A DNA stretch of 64,000 bases from Basidiobolus meristosporus CBS 931.73 (taxonomy: Eukaryota > Fungi > Basidiobolomycota), in NCBI GenBank assembly GCA_002104905.1, contig MCFE01000392.1, positions 18,747 to 82,746 of the forward strand, in the 5' to 3' direction. The notes beneath the pieces were generated by a model. The model did not search any database. It saw only the letters and a list, made by a program, of their open reading frames with translations, and was not told the origin of the DNA. The number at the start of each line of letters is the position of its first letter. Position 1 is the first letter of the stretch. The position numbers were made by a program, and so were the translations under genes. Of this stretch, positions 13,070 through 23,213 are shown in pieces.

Positions 13070-16000
13070 CTAAAGTTGAGAGGGTTCTCCTGAATCTCTT
13101 TTCTTGTGATACCAATATCTTAATGGTTCAGTATTATCAGCAAGTCTTGCAAGCTTGAGTCTGTCCCTATGCACTAAGTCTTCCCGGATATTGCCTTGTT
13201 TGTCCACCAGTTGGTAAGTTGCAAATGGACATTCTCTGATGATCTTGAATGGTCCTGGCCATTGTGGCTCAAACTTCTTCCAAGTGTTGTTTCTTAGCAA
13301 TACAAAGTTCCCAACTGTCAATGCTTCTGGTGCTATAGTCTTATCAAATCTCTGCTTCATCTTTTCTGCGCTTTGAGATACTTTGGTCTGTGCCTCTTGA
13401 CGTCTTTGTTCCAGTTGCTGGTGTCTACTTGGCTGACTGAGTTCATCATCTAAGGTGTCTGTAAGCTTTGGTTGTGTGAGATCTCCTGGAATCCTTGGTT
13501 CACATCCATAAACTAAGTAAAATGGTGATTGCTGGGTGGTGTTGTGTACTCTGACTCTGCATGCCAAGAGTGCTTGGTCTATATACTCATCCCATCTACT
13601 GACAACTCCATTTGCATACTTGGTCAGCATTTTTCCAAATAATCCATTAAACCACTCAGTGACTCCATTAGTTCTGGGGTGATATGCTGAGGTTTTCAAG
13701 TGTCTGATCTGCTGCATTTCCAGGTAAGCCTCTAATGTCTTTGCCATAAAGTTTGCACCTCTATCGGATAAGATCTCCACAGGGCATCCAAACTTCATTA
13801 GGATCTCATGGTAAATGAAACTTGCAACTTCTTGTTCACTGGCTATTGGTACAGCTTTAGCAGCTGGCCATTTAGTGGCATGGTCAATTGCTACTAGGAT
13901 CCAATGGTTGCATTTCCTGGTAGTTGGCAGTCTTCCAATAAAGTCAATTCCCCATCTCTCAAATGGTCTTACAGGCTCCAAAGGGAAGAGTTTGGCAATT
14001 CTTTGTGGCTGGCCTTGATTGATTTGGCAGTTTGGGCATGTTTTTACTAGCTTCTCAATGTCTTGTTTCATTCTGGGCCACCATGCTCTGGCTTTCACAA
14101 GGCTATAGGTTCCTTCAATCCCAAGATGTCCATATCCATTGTGTAGCTTATGTATTAAATCCAGGCAAGCAACATAAGGACAATAGGCAATAGGGCTTCC
14201 ATCAACAACTTGGTAGAGTGTTTCATTCTGTACAACAAATTTGCTGGCTTCATCACGGATTATCTTCTTGATATCTTCATCCACCTCATTAGGAATGGCT
14301 TGGTCCTCCAAGTACTTTGGTAATGGGCTAGGCCAATCTGATTCATGCACCAAGTTGAGTTGTGCAACTTGATCTAATCTTGATAAGGCATCAGCTATTG
14401 TGTTGTTTTTTCCAGGACAGTAGACAATCTCCAGGTCAAATTGCTGAATGTATTCACTCCATCTTGTCATTCTTCTAGAGAGTACCTTCTGAATAAATAT
14501 ATACTTGAGGGAGGCATGATCAGTCTTCACAGTGCCTTTGACTCCTTCAATATAGCATCTCTATGTCTTCAAACAGTGTATTATAGCAAGCATCTCCTTC
14601 TCATGGACTGGATAGTTTTGCTCTGCTGAGTTCAGTTTCTTGGATTCAAAGGCAACAGGGTAGTCCTTTCCCTTGTGTTCTTGGCTCAGCACTCCACCAA
14701 TTGCATAATCTGAAGCATCTGTGCACAGAGTGAACTCTTTTCTGAAGTCTGGTATTCTTAGGCTTGGCAGCTTAGCAAGTTCATTCTTGAGCGTCTGGAA
14801 GGCAGTCTCACAAGCTATGTCCCACCTGTAGGTATTGTCTTTCTTGAGGATATCAGTTAAAGGGGCTGCAATACTTGCAAATGACTTGACAAATCTCCGG
14901 TAATAGGAAACCATTCCAAGGAAGGATCTGAGTTCTGATATGCTATGGGGCTGCTTCAAATTCTTGATAACTTCAACCTTCTTAGGGTCTAAGGTCACTC
15001 CTGTGCTAGTCACTATGTGTCCCAGGTATTCAACGTGTTCCTTGAAGAATTCACACTTGGCTAGCTTGCCATATAGCTTGTTCTCTCTTAGTTTCTTCAA
15101 GACCTTTTCAATGTGCACTACGTGATCCTCTTCTGTCTTGCTGTATATCAATATGTCATCCAGGTAGATTATCACAAACTTGTCTAAGTGCTCCTGAAAG
15201 ACAGTCTGCATCAGCGTCATGAATGTTGCAGGGGCATTAGTGAGGCCAAAACTCATGACTAAGTACTTGTAATATCCATATCTGGTCCTAAATGCTGTCT
15301 TAGGAATATCTTCTGGTTTCACCCTAATTTGGTTGTATCCTGACATGAGGTCAATCTTACTGAAAATAGTGGCTCCATTAAGTTGGTCCAAAAGCTCATC
15401 AATCCAAGGTATGGGGTACTTATTCTTGACGGTAACTGAGTTCAGGGCTCTGTAGTCAATGCACATCCTAAGTGTTCCATCCTTCTTTTTCACAAAAAGC
15501 ACTGGTGCTCCCCAGGCTGACTTGCTGGGCCTGATGTATCCTTGCTCCCATAGCTGATCAATTTGTCTTTTCATTTCCTCCAATTCCAATGGACTCATTC
15601 TGTAAGGTGTCTTGCTCACTGGAGGGCTATCTCCTGTGTCAATGGCATGATCCACGTCTCTGACTGGTGGTAGGCTTACAAGCGCAACTGGAAACACGTC
15701 TGAATATTTCTTCAAGAGAGTCTGGACCTGCTGGGGTGCTGGGGTAGAGGAATCCTCCTGTAATACCGCCATGAGGAACATCTGGGTACCTTTTCTAAGT
15801 GCTCTACAGAACTGGGTCTTGCTAAGTTCACTTGTCTCACACACACTGGAATTGACCAAGTTGAAATCCAGCCTGGCAGGTAATAGCTCATAGGTCTTGT
15901 TGTCTTTTTGGATCTGAGTAGCATGGGTTCTCCAGTTGATTGATGGATTACGACAAAATAGCCAGGTTTTCCCAAGTACAAGGTCAAACTTGCAGTTCCA

Positions 16001-17202
16001 AATATATAAGCCTGTAGGTCTTCTTCATAGTCATTGATCTTCATTCTTACTGGCTGGGGAATACAGTTGATTATGTGGGAGTTCCCATCAGCTGAGGAGA
16101 CTGAAGTTGATTTGGTAGGTTCTGAGTTGATTCCAGCTTTCAAAGCAAATTGCTCTGACATGTACTCATGCAATGCTCCTGAGTCAATCATGATCTTGGC
16201 AGGTACTCCATTGATTACTCCATTCAAGTACAATAACTTCCCTGAGTTTGAAGTCATTTGGGACAAGTACTCTTCTGTCATTTGAAAGGTGAGTTCCAAG
16301 TCTTCTTCAAGCTCATCTTCCACATTACTGTGTTCATGGGACTCAATATGGTTGAAGGTTCTTGTTGGCTGGTGTCCATTTCTTCTCTGAGGGCAGTACT
16401 TTGCAATATGTCCCTGCTGGTGGCAATTGAAGCAAAGTCCTCTCTTCTTGCATTCTTTTAAGGAGGGATTCTTCTGCATAGCATCTATTTCCATTGGTAC
16501 TGCTTCTGATTGTCTTCTTTCATAATGATTATAGCCTTTCTGATTAGTCACTGTAGGCTTCCCAACTCCAAACATAGCTGAGTCATGGTCAATGGCAATC
16601 TTGATGGCTTCTTCAATAGTCTGAGGTCTTTGGTAATTGACTTCCTTGCAAGTTCTTTCTTTCAACCCATCAATAAAGTATTCGGCTTGATCCAAGGGGT
16701 CCATTCTTTCAATTTGTCCAAGTAGACATCTGCACTCATAGATGTATTCTTGCACCATTCCTTTCTGTCTGAGTGTCTTTAACTTCCTTCTTAGTAGTGT
16801 CTCCTGGTGTGGAGGCTCAAAAGCATCCTGAATTTCCGACACAAACTCATCCCAGGTAGAGATTGTAGAGCATCGCATCATAGTAGCTGACCTGATCTTG
16901 TTGTGGTACCACTGTAAAGCTGCATCTGCCAGGTAAGAAGCTGCATAATGCAACTTGCTCTCTGGAGCAATTCCTTTAGCTTTAAAAGCTTCTTCAATCT
17001 GAAAGAGCCAAGTTCCCAGGTTTTCATTGACTCTGCCATGGTACCGGTTGACCTTCACACTAAAGTTGCTCTTGACAGGGCTTTGCTGGCTCTGAGCCAT
17101 GGTAGTCATTCCTTGTTGCTGTTGGCTGAGGATCTGGAGTAACTGTTGCTGTTGGGCCAGGATTTGCTGCATGGCATTCTTCCATTCTTGATTCTCTGAC
17201 AT
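13070..17202 (-). pseudogene. G1 gag-pol (gag with CCHC knuckle, aspartic protease, RT, RNase H, integrase), broken by one frameshift and one stop
   Basis: ORFs 15712-17202 (CFNCHQQGHIAKYC; MIDSGA), 14561-15859 ([30 protein letters not shown]) and 13070-14530 (H..H..C..C, WGIDF, TDHAS). A 1-nt loss near 15990 and a TGG to TAG change at 14561-14563 split an originally single ORF. No chromodomain seen. Confidence 0.93.
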
Positions 17203-17249
17203 CTTGAGGGTGGTTTCTTCTTTCTTCAGGAGGGAGGTTTCTGGTTATT

Positions 17250-17259
17250 GCTGCTACCA
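17250..17259 (-). promoter_or_regulatory. Primer-binding site TGGTAGCAGC, compatible with the 3' end of initiator tRNA-Met
   Basis: Begins 1 nt inside the 5' LTR end. TGGTAGC is the complement of the conserved GCUACCA end of eukaryotic tRNAi-Met. Confidence 0.7.
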
Positions 17260-17260
17260 A

Positions 17261-17629
17261 TGTTACAAGTCTTGGTATAAGAGTTGTAGAGAAATAGGGA
17301 GTTTAGCTAGTATTGTATTCACTAAAACTTGAACTGATTTTTATTGAGGTTCCAGCAGCTCCTTATATACATTTTGCCAAATCAATTGCTGACTAATTGT
17401 ATTTCCTAATGTAGGTTGTGGCTGATGACTCATTTGATTGCATCATCATCACCCAATAAGATCCTACTTAATATATCTATTTCTGTCTGATAAGGATCTG
17501 CTGATTCATTTGCTGACTAATGCTACTGATTTCATAGATAATACTGATATACTGATAACCTAAACATATACTAATTGATTTTGACTAAAAACTGATCTAA
17601 CTTAAACATTCAAGCGGCAGATCATAACA
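17261..17629 (-). repeat. G1 5' LTR
   Basis: Direct repeat of 12691-13059, adjacent to PBS. Confidence 0.95.
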
Positions 17630-18527
17630 ATAGTGTGATACACATTTATCTCTATTTACATTAAAGAAAAATATCCAAGTACTATATTTTACCTACCATA
17701 ATAATGGTATCCAATTGCATATATGATGCAAACATTACAAGCATGCACAATCATCTGTGCTAACCTGATTGTGTCAAAGTGTGCTATAGTGTGCAAGATT
17801 GTTCCACATGGTGCAAAATGGTCCAAGAGCAAACCTGCCTAATGGTAGCTACAATTCCATGCTTGATTGTTTTTTGCAGCTGCAGATTGACTCTGGAGCA
17901 TCTCAACACTTTGCACAACAATAAGTATATTTTACCCAATTTCAAGAAAATGCAATTAAGAAGGTTTTCATGGGTGACAATAGAGCTATTCATGAATTGG
18001 GAGAAGGAAGTATCCAAGTAAACCTTAGAAGCAGTGAAGGGAGCCATACACTAACTTTTGAATTAGTTCTTTATGTACCAGGAATAGCCAAGAACTTATT
18101 ATCTATAAGCAAGTCCACAGCAGAAGGATACAGTTTCAGCTTTACTATTTCTGGATGCATGATCACTGATCAAAAAGGTGCCCACCTTGCCTTGAGTATC
18201 AGAGATCAGAATCTGTATTATTTAACTTATATGCCATCATATCTTGAAGCCATTATAAGTGACTTGAATGAAGAAACACTAATGCCTTGGCCCCAGAGAT
18301 TTGAACACATCAATTCTGACCATTTGCGCAAAATGATCAAAGATCAGCTAATTTCTGGTGTAAAAATTGATCCCCAGCTAACTTAGAGCACTGTGAAGTC
18401 TGCATACATAGGAAACAAGCCAAACTAACAATCAAGACCTCTAGGTTAGTTAAAACTGAGAAAAATTTAGATCAAATACACTCAGACCTGTGCAAACCTA
18501 TTCAAATCCCATCCTTAGGTAGGATGC

Positions 18528-18896
18528 TGTTGAAATATTGGACTATTTGGTATCATTCAGCAGCTAAAAATTTACTTAACAGTTCTAGGCTAGTCTTAGT
18601 CACTGTAGGACTCATTTACTGCCTTAACTTTGCCACTTTCTCCAGATATATGATCTTATGATTATTCCCCTATAGTCAGGATCAAATTAGCACTATTACC
18701 AAACATTATGTACTAACCCTGAAACTGTTACAGAATGCTCCTGAATATTGAGAAACCCTCCCTACTTAGTGTTGCAGCTGTATTACTTCTACAAAGGTAT
18801 AAATACTGAGCTTCTTTATGAATAAACAACAGTTCAACTATTATCACTATTTCTTGATAAGTTCCTTATATCCAAATCACTTCTTAAATTGCAACA
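18528..18896 (+). repeat. Copia A1 5' LTR
   Basis: TGTTGAA...TGCAACA, repeated at 22845-23213. Confidence 0.97.
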
Positions 18897-18908
18897 GGTT
18901 ATGAGCCC
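18897..18908 (+). promoter_or_regulatory. Primer-binding site GGTTATGAGCCC (half-tRNAi-Met type)
   Basis: Directly abuts the LTR. Exact complement of GGGCUCAUAACC, the anticodon arm of fungal initiator tRNA-Met, as in Drosophila copia and yeast Ty5. Confidence 0.9.
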
Positions 18909-18932
18909 CGATTGCCTTAATCTATTCTAAAG

Positions 18933-21104
18933 ATGACTTCTACCAGCAAACAAAGCAATACCAACATCTTCCCTGTAAAGGAGAGGTTTGATGGGAAGAA
19001 CTACAGACTTTGGAGAATCAAGATGCAGATCCACCTTGAGGAAAGAAAGCTTTGGAACATAGTAACAGGAAAGGAAGTTGAGCCCAAAGGAACAGCAGAA
19101 GATGTGGAGAAGTTTCAAGAGAAGGAGAGAAAGGCCTTCAATGCAATATGCATCAATGTGCAAGACTCCTTCATTGGACAAATCCATGTCTCAAATACTG
19201 CCAAAGCAGCATGGGAATCCTTAGAGAAGATCTTTAGAGCAAAGTCAGTATCAAGCAAGCTTTGTTTGAAACAAAAGTTCTTCAACATGAGAAAAAAGCC
19301 AGATGATGACATGCTACAACTCATTACCAGAATGGAGACACTTGCAGAAGAACTTTACAGTATTAATGCTGGTGTAGATGATGAAGAAAAGATACTCTGT
19401 CTGCTTTGCAGCCTACCAGACAAGTATGAGCTACTCATACTTTCTTTTGAAAGCAGAGAAGACAACTTGACTTTAGACTATGTCAAAGGAAGACTTCTCC
19501 ATGAAGAACTCAGACGTAATGATCAAGCAGAGAAAATTGAAGATAATGCTTTATTCAGTTCAGAAAGGCATACAGAAAAGAAGGGAAAGCAACAAAACCA
19601 AAGAAAACCTGGCTGCTGTAACTACTGTAAGAAGCCAGGACACTGGGCAAGAGAATGCAAGAAGAAACAAGCAGACAAAAAACAGAAACTAGAGCAGGCA
19701 AACCATATAACTACTGATGAACAGTTATTTGTCACTGTACAAGAGAGTGCAAGTAACCAAAGTAATGAATGGTATATTGACTCTGGAGCATCACAGCATA
19801 TTTGTGGTATAAAGGATTGGTTCAGCAACTTAAAGACTATTCCCGTAAGAAAGGTTTATCTGGGAGATAACTCTGCATTGGAAGCTACCGCTAGTGGGTC
19901 TATACAACTAAATATGAGTGATAACTCAGGGGCAACAACAGCAAAACTGACTGACGTACTCTATGTACCTGGAATAGCTAAGAACCTACTCTCAGTCAGT
20001 AAAGCAACTACTCAGGGACTGAAATTTGTTTTTACTAAGCTGAGCTGCTCAATACTGAGTGAAAATGGTCAAAAATTAGCTTCGGGAATCAGAGATCACA
20101 ATATATACAAGTTACAATGCAAGATCATTGTACCTGAGTATGTCAACATTGCTGAAACTGATGAAACCAACTGGGAGACGTGGCATAGGAGGCTAGGACA
20201 CATAGGGGAACAGAAAATGAGCCAATTGGTGAAAAATCAGCTTGTTTTGGGCCTAAAATACTCAATTCCGATCAAATTGAATGTTTGTAAGGGATGTTCA
20301 TATGGCAAACAAGCTAGGCAACGTTTCAAGAGCTCAGAAGGCATTAATACCACCAAAATATTGGCCATTGTACACTCAGACATATGTGGCCCCATGAGAA
20401 CACTGTCCTTTGGAGCCAAGAGATACTTTATGACGTTTATTGATGACAAGACAAGATATACATGGGTGTACTTCCTCAAAACAAAGGATGAAGCTTTAGA
20501 GACGTTTAAGCACTTCAAGAACATGGCAGAAACACAAACTGGGTGTAAATTGAAGGTACTACAAAGTGACAATGGAGGAGAATACTGCTCAAAGGAGTTT
20601 GCAAAATACTGCTTGTCTACTGGTATACTTCAACAGACCACAGTTCCTCATACTCCACAGCAAAATGGAGTAGCAGAACGTGCAAATAGAACAATAGTAG
20701 AGATGGCAAGATCTATGCTACATGATAAGGGAATGGACTACAAGTTTTGGGCTGAATCTGTTGCTACCGCTGTATACATCAAGAACAGATGCCCAACAAC
20801 AGCACTACGTGATTCTACACCCCTTGAAGCATATACAGGCAAAAAACCAGATCTCCAGCACATCAGGATCTTTGGCAGTGATGTTTTTTATCACATCCCT
20901 GACAAAAAACGCTCAAAGTTGGAACCAAAGAGTAGAAAAGGGATCTTTCTTGGGTATTGTGAAGATACTAAAGGGTATAGAGTGTATGATGGCAAAATTC
21001 AGAAGCTGATCAAGAGCAGGGACGTTGTATTTGAGGAGAATTCAGATCAGAAAGCCACAGAAATCATTGGCCAGCTGCCTGATGATGCAATCAACACAAA
21101 TTAA
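18933..21104 (+). CDS. Copia A1 polyprotein part 1: gag (UBN2-like, CCHC), protease, GAG-pre-integrase, integrase core
   Basis: 723 aa. CNYCKKPGHWAREC, WYIDSGASQH, WHRRLGH...C..C, HSDICGP, SDNGGEY, QQNGVAER. Ends at a single TAA in frame with part 2. Confidence 0.93.
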   Translation: MTSTSKQSNTNIFPVKERFDGKNYRLWRIKMQIHLEERKLWNIVTGKEVEPKGTAEDVEKFQEKERKAFNAICINVQDSFIGQIHVSNTAKAAWESLEKIFRAKSVSSKLCLKQKFFNMRKKPDDDMLQLITRMETLAEELYSINAGVDDEEKILCLLCSLPDKYELLILSFESREDNLTLDYVKGRLLHEELRRNDQAEKIEDNALFSSERHTEKKGKQQNQRKPGCCNYCKKPGHWARECKKKQADKKQKLEQANHITTDEQLFVTVQESASNQSNEWYIDSGASQHICGIKDWFSNLKTIPVRKVYLGDNSALEATASGSIQLNMSDNSGATTAKLTDVLYVPGIAKNLLSVSKATTQGLKFVFTKLSCSILSENGQKLASGIRDHNIYKLQCKIIVPEYVNIAETDETNWETWHRRLGHIGEQKMSQLVKNQLVLGLKYSIPIKLNVCKGCSYGKQARQRFKSSEGINTTKILAIVHSDICGPMRTLSFGAKRYFMTFIDDKTRYTWVYFLKTKDEALETFKHFKNMAETQTGCKLKVLQSDNGGEYCSKEFAKYCLSTGILQQTTVPHTPQQNGVAERANRTIVEMARSMLHDKGMDYKFWAESVATAVYIKNRCPTTALRDSTPLEAYTGKKPDLQHIRIFGSDVFYHIPDKKRSKLEPKSRKGIFLGYCEDTKGYRVYDGKIQKLIKSRDVVFEENSDQKATEIIGQLPDDAINTN

Positions 21105-21110
21105 GAAGAT

Positions 21111-22850
21111 ATGTACCAAATCCAGCCAGAGATGGAAGATACTTCTACCAGTTCCAGATCAGAACAGATTATCCCAGTTAGGAGATCTACCAGAATAAGA
21201 AATGCCCCTGGATCCTGGTGGCAGACATCCAATGATCATGAAGAAGCTTATCTTGCCTTATGTGCCGAACCTCAGAATCTGGAACAGGCAATGCAAGGTC
21301 CAGATGCTACTAAGTGGCAACAAGCCATGCAGGAGGAGTACCAATCACTGATCAAGGCAAAAATGTGGGAACTGGTAGATTTACCAAATGGGAGAAAGCC
21401 AATAGGATGTAGATGGGTCTACAAGATCAAGATAACCTCAAATGGTGCCGTTGATAAGTACAAGGCTAGATTGGTAGCTAAAGGCTATTCCCAGATCCAG
21501 GGACTAGACTTTAAGGAAACATTTGCTCCGGTTGCCAAGTTTAACTCTATTAGGACAGTTCTAGCCCTGGCAGCTGTACACAGTCTAGATCTACACCAAA
21601 TGGACGTCAAAACAGCCTTTCTAAATGGGGATTTGCAAGAAACTATATATATGGAGCAACCAGAAGGTTTTACCAATCCAAAAAGCCCCCATAAGGTGTG
21701 CAAACTTAGAAAATTGTTGTATGGGCTTAAGCAGGCACCCAGAGCATGGTATAACAAGATTGACACATATCTAGAGGAAATTGGGTTCTCTCGTAGCACT
21801 GCAGATCACAGTATATATGTGAAACAGCTCAAAAAGGGTGTAATTATTCTAGTTCTTTATGTGGACGACCTAATTATAGCTACAAGTGATCAAGAGGCAC
21901 TTAAACAGACGAAATCAGATCTCTTCAGCAAGTTTGAGATGAAAGATCTTGGAAAATTGAGCTATTTTCTTGGAATTGAGGTCAAATTTGACATACCTAC
22001 GCAGAAAATTGTGCTGAATCAGTCTAAGTACATCAGGGACATTCTTAGACGCTTCAAAATGGAAAATTGCAAGCCTGCAGCAACACCTATGGACAATAAC
22101 CTGAAATTAAGCAAATCTCAGCCAGTTATGGATGAAAATGGCTTGAATATGGACCAAAACTTTCCCTATCAATCAATGGTCGGTAGCCTAATGTACTTGA
22201 TGGTGTCTACATGTCCAGATATTGCAGTAGCAGTTGGAATAGTCAGTCAATTCATGCAGAATTATGGATCAGATCAAATTGCAGCAGTTAAGCGGATTTT
22301 CAGATATCTACAAGGTACCATAAATATGGTACTGGAATACTCTGGAGCAGCTAATAGGCAAAAATTTGATGGTTATAGTGATTCAGATTGGGGTAGAGAT
22401 CTGATTGACAGACGCTCTACCACAGGCTATGTATTTCTTTATGCTGGTGCAGCTATTACTTGGAATTGCAAGAAACAACCAACTGTGGCACTATCTACAA
22501 CTGAAGCCGAATATATGGCTGCATGTCAAGCAACTAAGGAGGCTATATGGCTACAAAAATTATTCAAAGACTTAGGTTTTAATTCAGGTGAACCAACATG
22601 TATTTACAAGGATAATCAAAGTTGTATTTCATTAGCTAGAAATCCTACTAATCATGCCAGAACTAAGCACATTGATATACAGCATCACTTTGTGAGGGAA
22701 GCTGTAGAAAATAACTTAGTAGAGCTGGTTTACTGCCCAACTGACCAAATGGTGGCAGACATATTGACAAAACCACTAGCTAGGCCACAGTTTGAGATCC
22801 TTAGAGAGAAATTGGGATTAAGAAATTATTTAGTTGAGGGGGAGTGTTGA
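21111..22850 (+). CDS. Copia A1 polyprotein part 2: reverse transcriptase and RNase H
   Basis: 579 aa in the same frame as part 1. [49 protein letters not shown]. Confidence 0.93.
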   Translation: MYQIQPEMEDTSTSSRSEQIIPVRRSTRIRNAPGSWWQTSNDHEEAYLALCAEPQNLEQAMQGPDATKWQQAMQEEYQSLIKAKMWELVDLPNGRKPIGCRWVYKIKITSNGAVDKYKARLVAKGYSQIQGLDFKETFAPVAKFNSIRTVLALAAVHSLDLHQMDVKTAFLNGDLQETIYMEQPEGFTNPKSPHKVCKLRKLLYGLKQAPRAWYNKIDTYLEEIGFSRSTADHSIYVKQLKKGVIILVLYVDDLIIATSDQEALKQTKSDLFSKFEMKDLGKLSYFLGIEVKFDIPTQKIVLNQSKYIRDILRRFKMENCKPAATPMDNNLKLSKSQPVMDENGLNMDQNFPYQSMVGSLMYLMVSTCPDIAVAVGIVSQFMQNYGSDQIAAVKRIFRYLQGTINMVLEYSGAANRQKFDGYSDSDWGRDLIDRRSTTGYVFLYAGAAITWNCKKQPTVALSTTEAEYMAACQATKEAIWLQKLFKDLGFNSGEPTCIYKDNQSCISLARNPTNHARTKHIDIQHHFVREAVENNLVELVYCPTDQMVADILTKPLARPQFEILREKLGLRNYLVEGEC

Positions 22851-23213
22851 AATATTGGACTATTTGGTATCATTCAGCAGCTAAAAACTTACTTAACAGT
22901 TCTAGGCTAGTCTTAGTCACTATAGGACTCATTTACTGCCTTAACTTCGCCACTTTCTCCAGATATATGATCTTATGATTATTCCCCTATAGTCAGGATC
23001 AAATTAGCACTATTACCAAACATTATGTACTAACCCTGAAACTGTTACAGAATGCTCCTGAATATTGAGAAACCCTCCCTACTTAGTGTTGCAGCTGTAT
23101 TACTTCTACAAAGGTATAAATACTGAGCTTCTTTATGAATAAACAACAGTTCAACTATTATCACTATTTCTTGATAAGTTCCTTATATCCAAATCACTTC
23201 TTAAATTGCAACA
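22845..23213 (+). repeat. Copia A1 3' LTR
   Basis: Direct repeat of 18528-18896, preceded by PPT, followed by TSD GATGC. Confidence 0.97.

Larger units (their letters stand above)
12691..17629 (-). mobile_element. Full-length Ty3/gypsy LTR retrotransposon, family G1
   Basis: 369-bp LTRs (12691-13059, 17261-17629; 3 differences seen). 4-bp TSD ATAG (12687-12690, 17630-17633), with a single ATAG at the paralogous empty site near 29990. PBS and PPT present. Domain order gag-PR-RT-RH-IN. Confidence 0.95.
11291..17856 (-). mobile_element. Diverged, truncated paralog of the PIF/Harbinger-like element at 29700-37764 (opposite orientation), interrupted by gypsy G1
   Basis: 11291-12690 plus 17634-17856 is colinear with the reverse complement of 36090-35148 plus 30464-29790. 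No transposase or TIR retained. Confidence 0.6.
18528..23213 (+). mobile_element. Full-length, nearly intact Ty1/copia LTR retrotransposon, family A copy 1
   Basis: 369-bp LTRs (18528-18896, 22845-23213; 3 differences). Perfect 5-bp TSD GATGC. PBS and PPT (GAGGGGGAG) present. Domain order gag-PR-IN-RT-RH. Confidence 0.97.

Noticed and set aside
15960-16010. Programmed gag/pol frameshift in G1
   Set aside because: The break falls inside the protease ([13 protein letters not shown]), not at the gag-pol boundary, and is explained by loss of one A.
12691-18896. Identical 369-bp LTR length in G1 and copia A as a sign of relationship
   Set aside because: No sequence similarity beyond TGTT...AACA; coincidence.
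21099-21113. Programmed stop-codon readthrough between integrase and RT in copia A1
   Set aside because: Copy A2 has GCA at this codon, so the TAA is a private mutation or error.
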